Assembly: GCA_964016885.1 (NCBI GenBank)
Contig: OZ024741.1
Coordinates: 283,712,001-283,776,000, forward strand
Origin: Eledone cirrhosa
Taxonomy: Eukaryota
Direction of reading: 5' to 3'
Length of the DNA stretch: 64,000 nucleotides
Notes under the pieces: generated by a model
Database searches by the model: none
The model's input: only the letters and a program-made list of their open reading frames with translations
Told to the model about the DNA's origin: nothing
Made by a program: the position numbers and the translations under genes
Shown here: in pieces, positions 60,700 to 64,000 of the stretch
Position numbering within the stretch: the first letter of the stretch is position 1
Layout: each line of letters opens with the position of its first letter

Positions 60700-60707
60700 G
60701 CATAAAT

Positions 60708-60739
<32 letters not shown>

Positions 60740-60780
60740 ATATGCATAAATATATATATATATATATATAATATGTACAA

Positions 60781-60858
<78 letters not shown>

Positions 60859-61684
60859 TAAATATATATATAATATTTATAAATATATATATATATATAA
60901 TACTTATAAATATATATATATATAATATGTATAAATATATATATATATATAATATGTATATATATAATATATATAATATGTATAAATATATATATATATA
61001 TATATAATATGTATAAATATATATATATATATAATATGTATAAATATATATATATATATAATATGTATAAATATATATATATAAATATGTATAAATATAT
61101 ATTTATATATAATATGTATAAATATATATATATAATATGTATAAATATATATATATATATAATATGTATAAATATATATATATATAATATGTATAAATAT
61201 ATATATATATATAATATGTATAAATATATATATATATATGTATAAATATATATATATATATATAATATGTATATATATATATATATAATATGTATAAATA
61301 TATATATATATAATATGTATAAATATATATGTAATATGTATAAATATATATGTAATATGTATAAATATATATATATATGTAGATATGTATAAATATATTT
61401 ATATATATGTAATATGTATAAATATATGTATAAATATGTAATATGTATAAATATATGTATATGTATATATATATGTATATATATATAATATGTATAAATA
61501 TATGTATATGTATATATATATGTATATATATATAATATGTATAATAATTATATGTATATGTATATATATATGTATATATATAATATGTATATATATATAA
61601 TATGTATATATATATAATATGTATATATATATATTATATGTATATATATATATGTATAAATATATATATATATATATATAAATG

Positions 61685-61730
<46 letters not shown>

Positions 61731-62189
61731 GTTTAAATATATATATATATATATATATGTATAAATATATATATATATATATTAATATATATAATATGTA
61801 TAAATATATATATATATGTATAAATATATATATATATATATTAATATATATATATATATATATATATATGTATAAATATATATATATGTATAAATATATA
61901 TATATATATGTATAAATATATATATATGTATAAATATATATATATATATGTATAAATATATATAATATGTATAAATATATATATATATATATGTATAAAT
62001 ATATATATATATATATTATATATATATATAAATAAATATATATATATATATATATATAATATGTATAAATATATATATATATAATGTATAAATATATATA
62101 TATAATATGTATAAATATATATATATATATAATATGTATAAATATATATATATATATATATAATATGTATAAATATATATATATATATA

Positions 62190-62226
<37 letters not shown>

Positions 62227-62395
62227 GTATAAATATATATATATATATAATATGTATATATATATAATATGTATATATATATATTATATGTATATATATA
62301 TATATATATAATATGTATATATATATAATATGTATATATATATATTATATGTATATATATATATATGTATAAATATATATATATATATATAAATG

Positions 62396-62453
<58 letters not shown>

Positions 62454-62456
62454 GTT

Positions 62457-62488
<32 letters not shown>

Positions 62489-62720
62489 TAAATATATATA
62501 TATATATATTAATATATATAATATGTATAAATATATATATATATGTATAAATATATATATATATATATTAATATATATATATATATATATATATATGTAT
62601 AAATATATATATATGTATAAATATATATATATATATGTATAAATATATATATATGTATAAATATATATATATATATGTATAAATATATATAATATGTATA
62701 AATATATATATATATATATG

Positions 62721-62766
<46 letters not shown>

Positions 62767-62969
62767 TATATATATATATATATATAATATGTATAAATAT
62801 ATATATAATATGTATAAATATATATATAATATGTATAAATATATATATATATATAATATGTATAAATATATATATATATATATATAATATGTATAAATAT
62901 ATATATATATATAATATGTATATATATATATATATATATATAATATGTATAAATATATATATATATATA

Positions 62970-63055
<86 letters not shown>

Positions 63056-63075
63056 TATAATATGTATATATATAT

Positions 63076-63120
<45 letters not shown>

Positions 63121-63150
63121 GTATAAATATATATATATATATATAATATG

Positions 63151-63234
<84 letters not shown>

Positions 63235-63270
63235 ATTATATAAATATAAATATATATATAAATATATATT

Positions 63271-63340
<70 letters not shown>

Positions 63341-63378
63341 TATATATATAAATATATATATATAAATATATATATATA

Positions 63379-63410
<32 letters not shown>

Positions 63411-63525
63411 AATATATAGAGAAAATTGAGGTTGGTAATGGCACAAGGAATATATAAGAGACAGAATACTTTTTTGTGAAAAAACATATAATTTTATAAG
63501 GTAAGGAAATAATAAAGGGTATAAA

Positions 63526-63572
63526 AAATGACCGGTTTCGATGGGTCTGCAAAAGCCATCATTTCAAATGTT
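63526..63572 (-). ncRNA. Degenerate hammerhead (U3-A8, A9U) in a pLTR-like segment 63418-64000
   Basis: at-TTGAAAT-gatgg..ccatc-GAAAC-CG-GTC-at; weak stem I. Confidence 0.55.
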
Positions 63573-64000
63573 GATTAATATTAAGAAAAATTAATAATAC
63601 GAAGAGTTAAAATTTGAGATTTGATAATTCAAGTATAAAATTCATTGTGGGATTTCATAGTAGTTTTCATCTAGGTAGCAACAACAAGTTGACTGCTGTG
63701 TCCCTTTCTGTTAGTGAATGAGAAGTTATTTGGGGTGTGGGTTATTTTATAAAGGTCAGATTTAGCAATGGCCAGCTGGCCAGCTGCTGGTCAGTGAGGG
63801 GGTGGAAGCAATATACATACATATATCTTCCTGTGGTGGGTAGGAGAGTGGAGCGTGATAGAAAGGGATTTAGTGCACTTACACCTATATATACACACAT
63901 ACCTTCATCCACACATACATACATATACATATACATACACATATACAAATATATATATATATATATACATATACACACATACATACACACACACATACAT

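Larger units (their letters stand above)
54361..63417. repeat. Long compound (TA)n microsatellite punctuated by AATATGTATA(A)
   Basis: Visible directly; similar tracts at 18.6-20.8, 36.4-38.6, 42.6-45.5 and 47.7-48.8 kb. Confidence 0.95.

Overview
AT-rich animal genomic DNA with no recognisable host gene. A tRNA-derived SINE and the LINE tails resemble octopus repeats, so a cephalopod origin is an inference. The window is a nest of retroelements inserted into (TA)n microsatellites. The main feature is a young ~3.55-kb Penelope-like element (PLE; RT plus C-terminal GIY-YIG, DKT and CxC motifs as in the Hydra clade) in a tandem plus inverted array (20760-34498) with one intact 773-aa ORF. At least five other diverged PLE families, two RTE LINEs carrying a PHD finger inside the RT, a CR1-group LINE, an LTR and a SINE are also present. 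Reading the non-coding DNA by eye gives about 30 hammerhead ribozyme (HHR) motifs from roughly a dozen unrelated sequence families. Highlights: (i) three hammerheads with unrelated 90-105 nt stem II inserts; (ii) ORF-less HHR repeats resembling circular-RNA retrozymes (312 bp x6, a circularly permuted ~490-nt unit, a 1.3-kb unit); (iii) a type II-topology HHR candidate with a 4-way junction and loop-loop kiss in a 514-bp repeat; (iv) core variants (U3-A8, U4A, A13C); (v) palindromes centred on HHR stem II. All RNA folds were made by hand and are untested.
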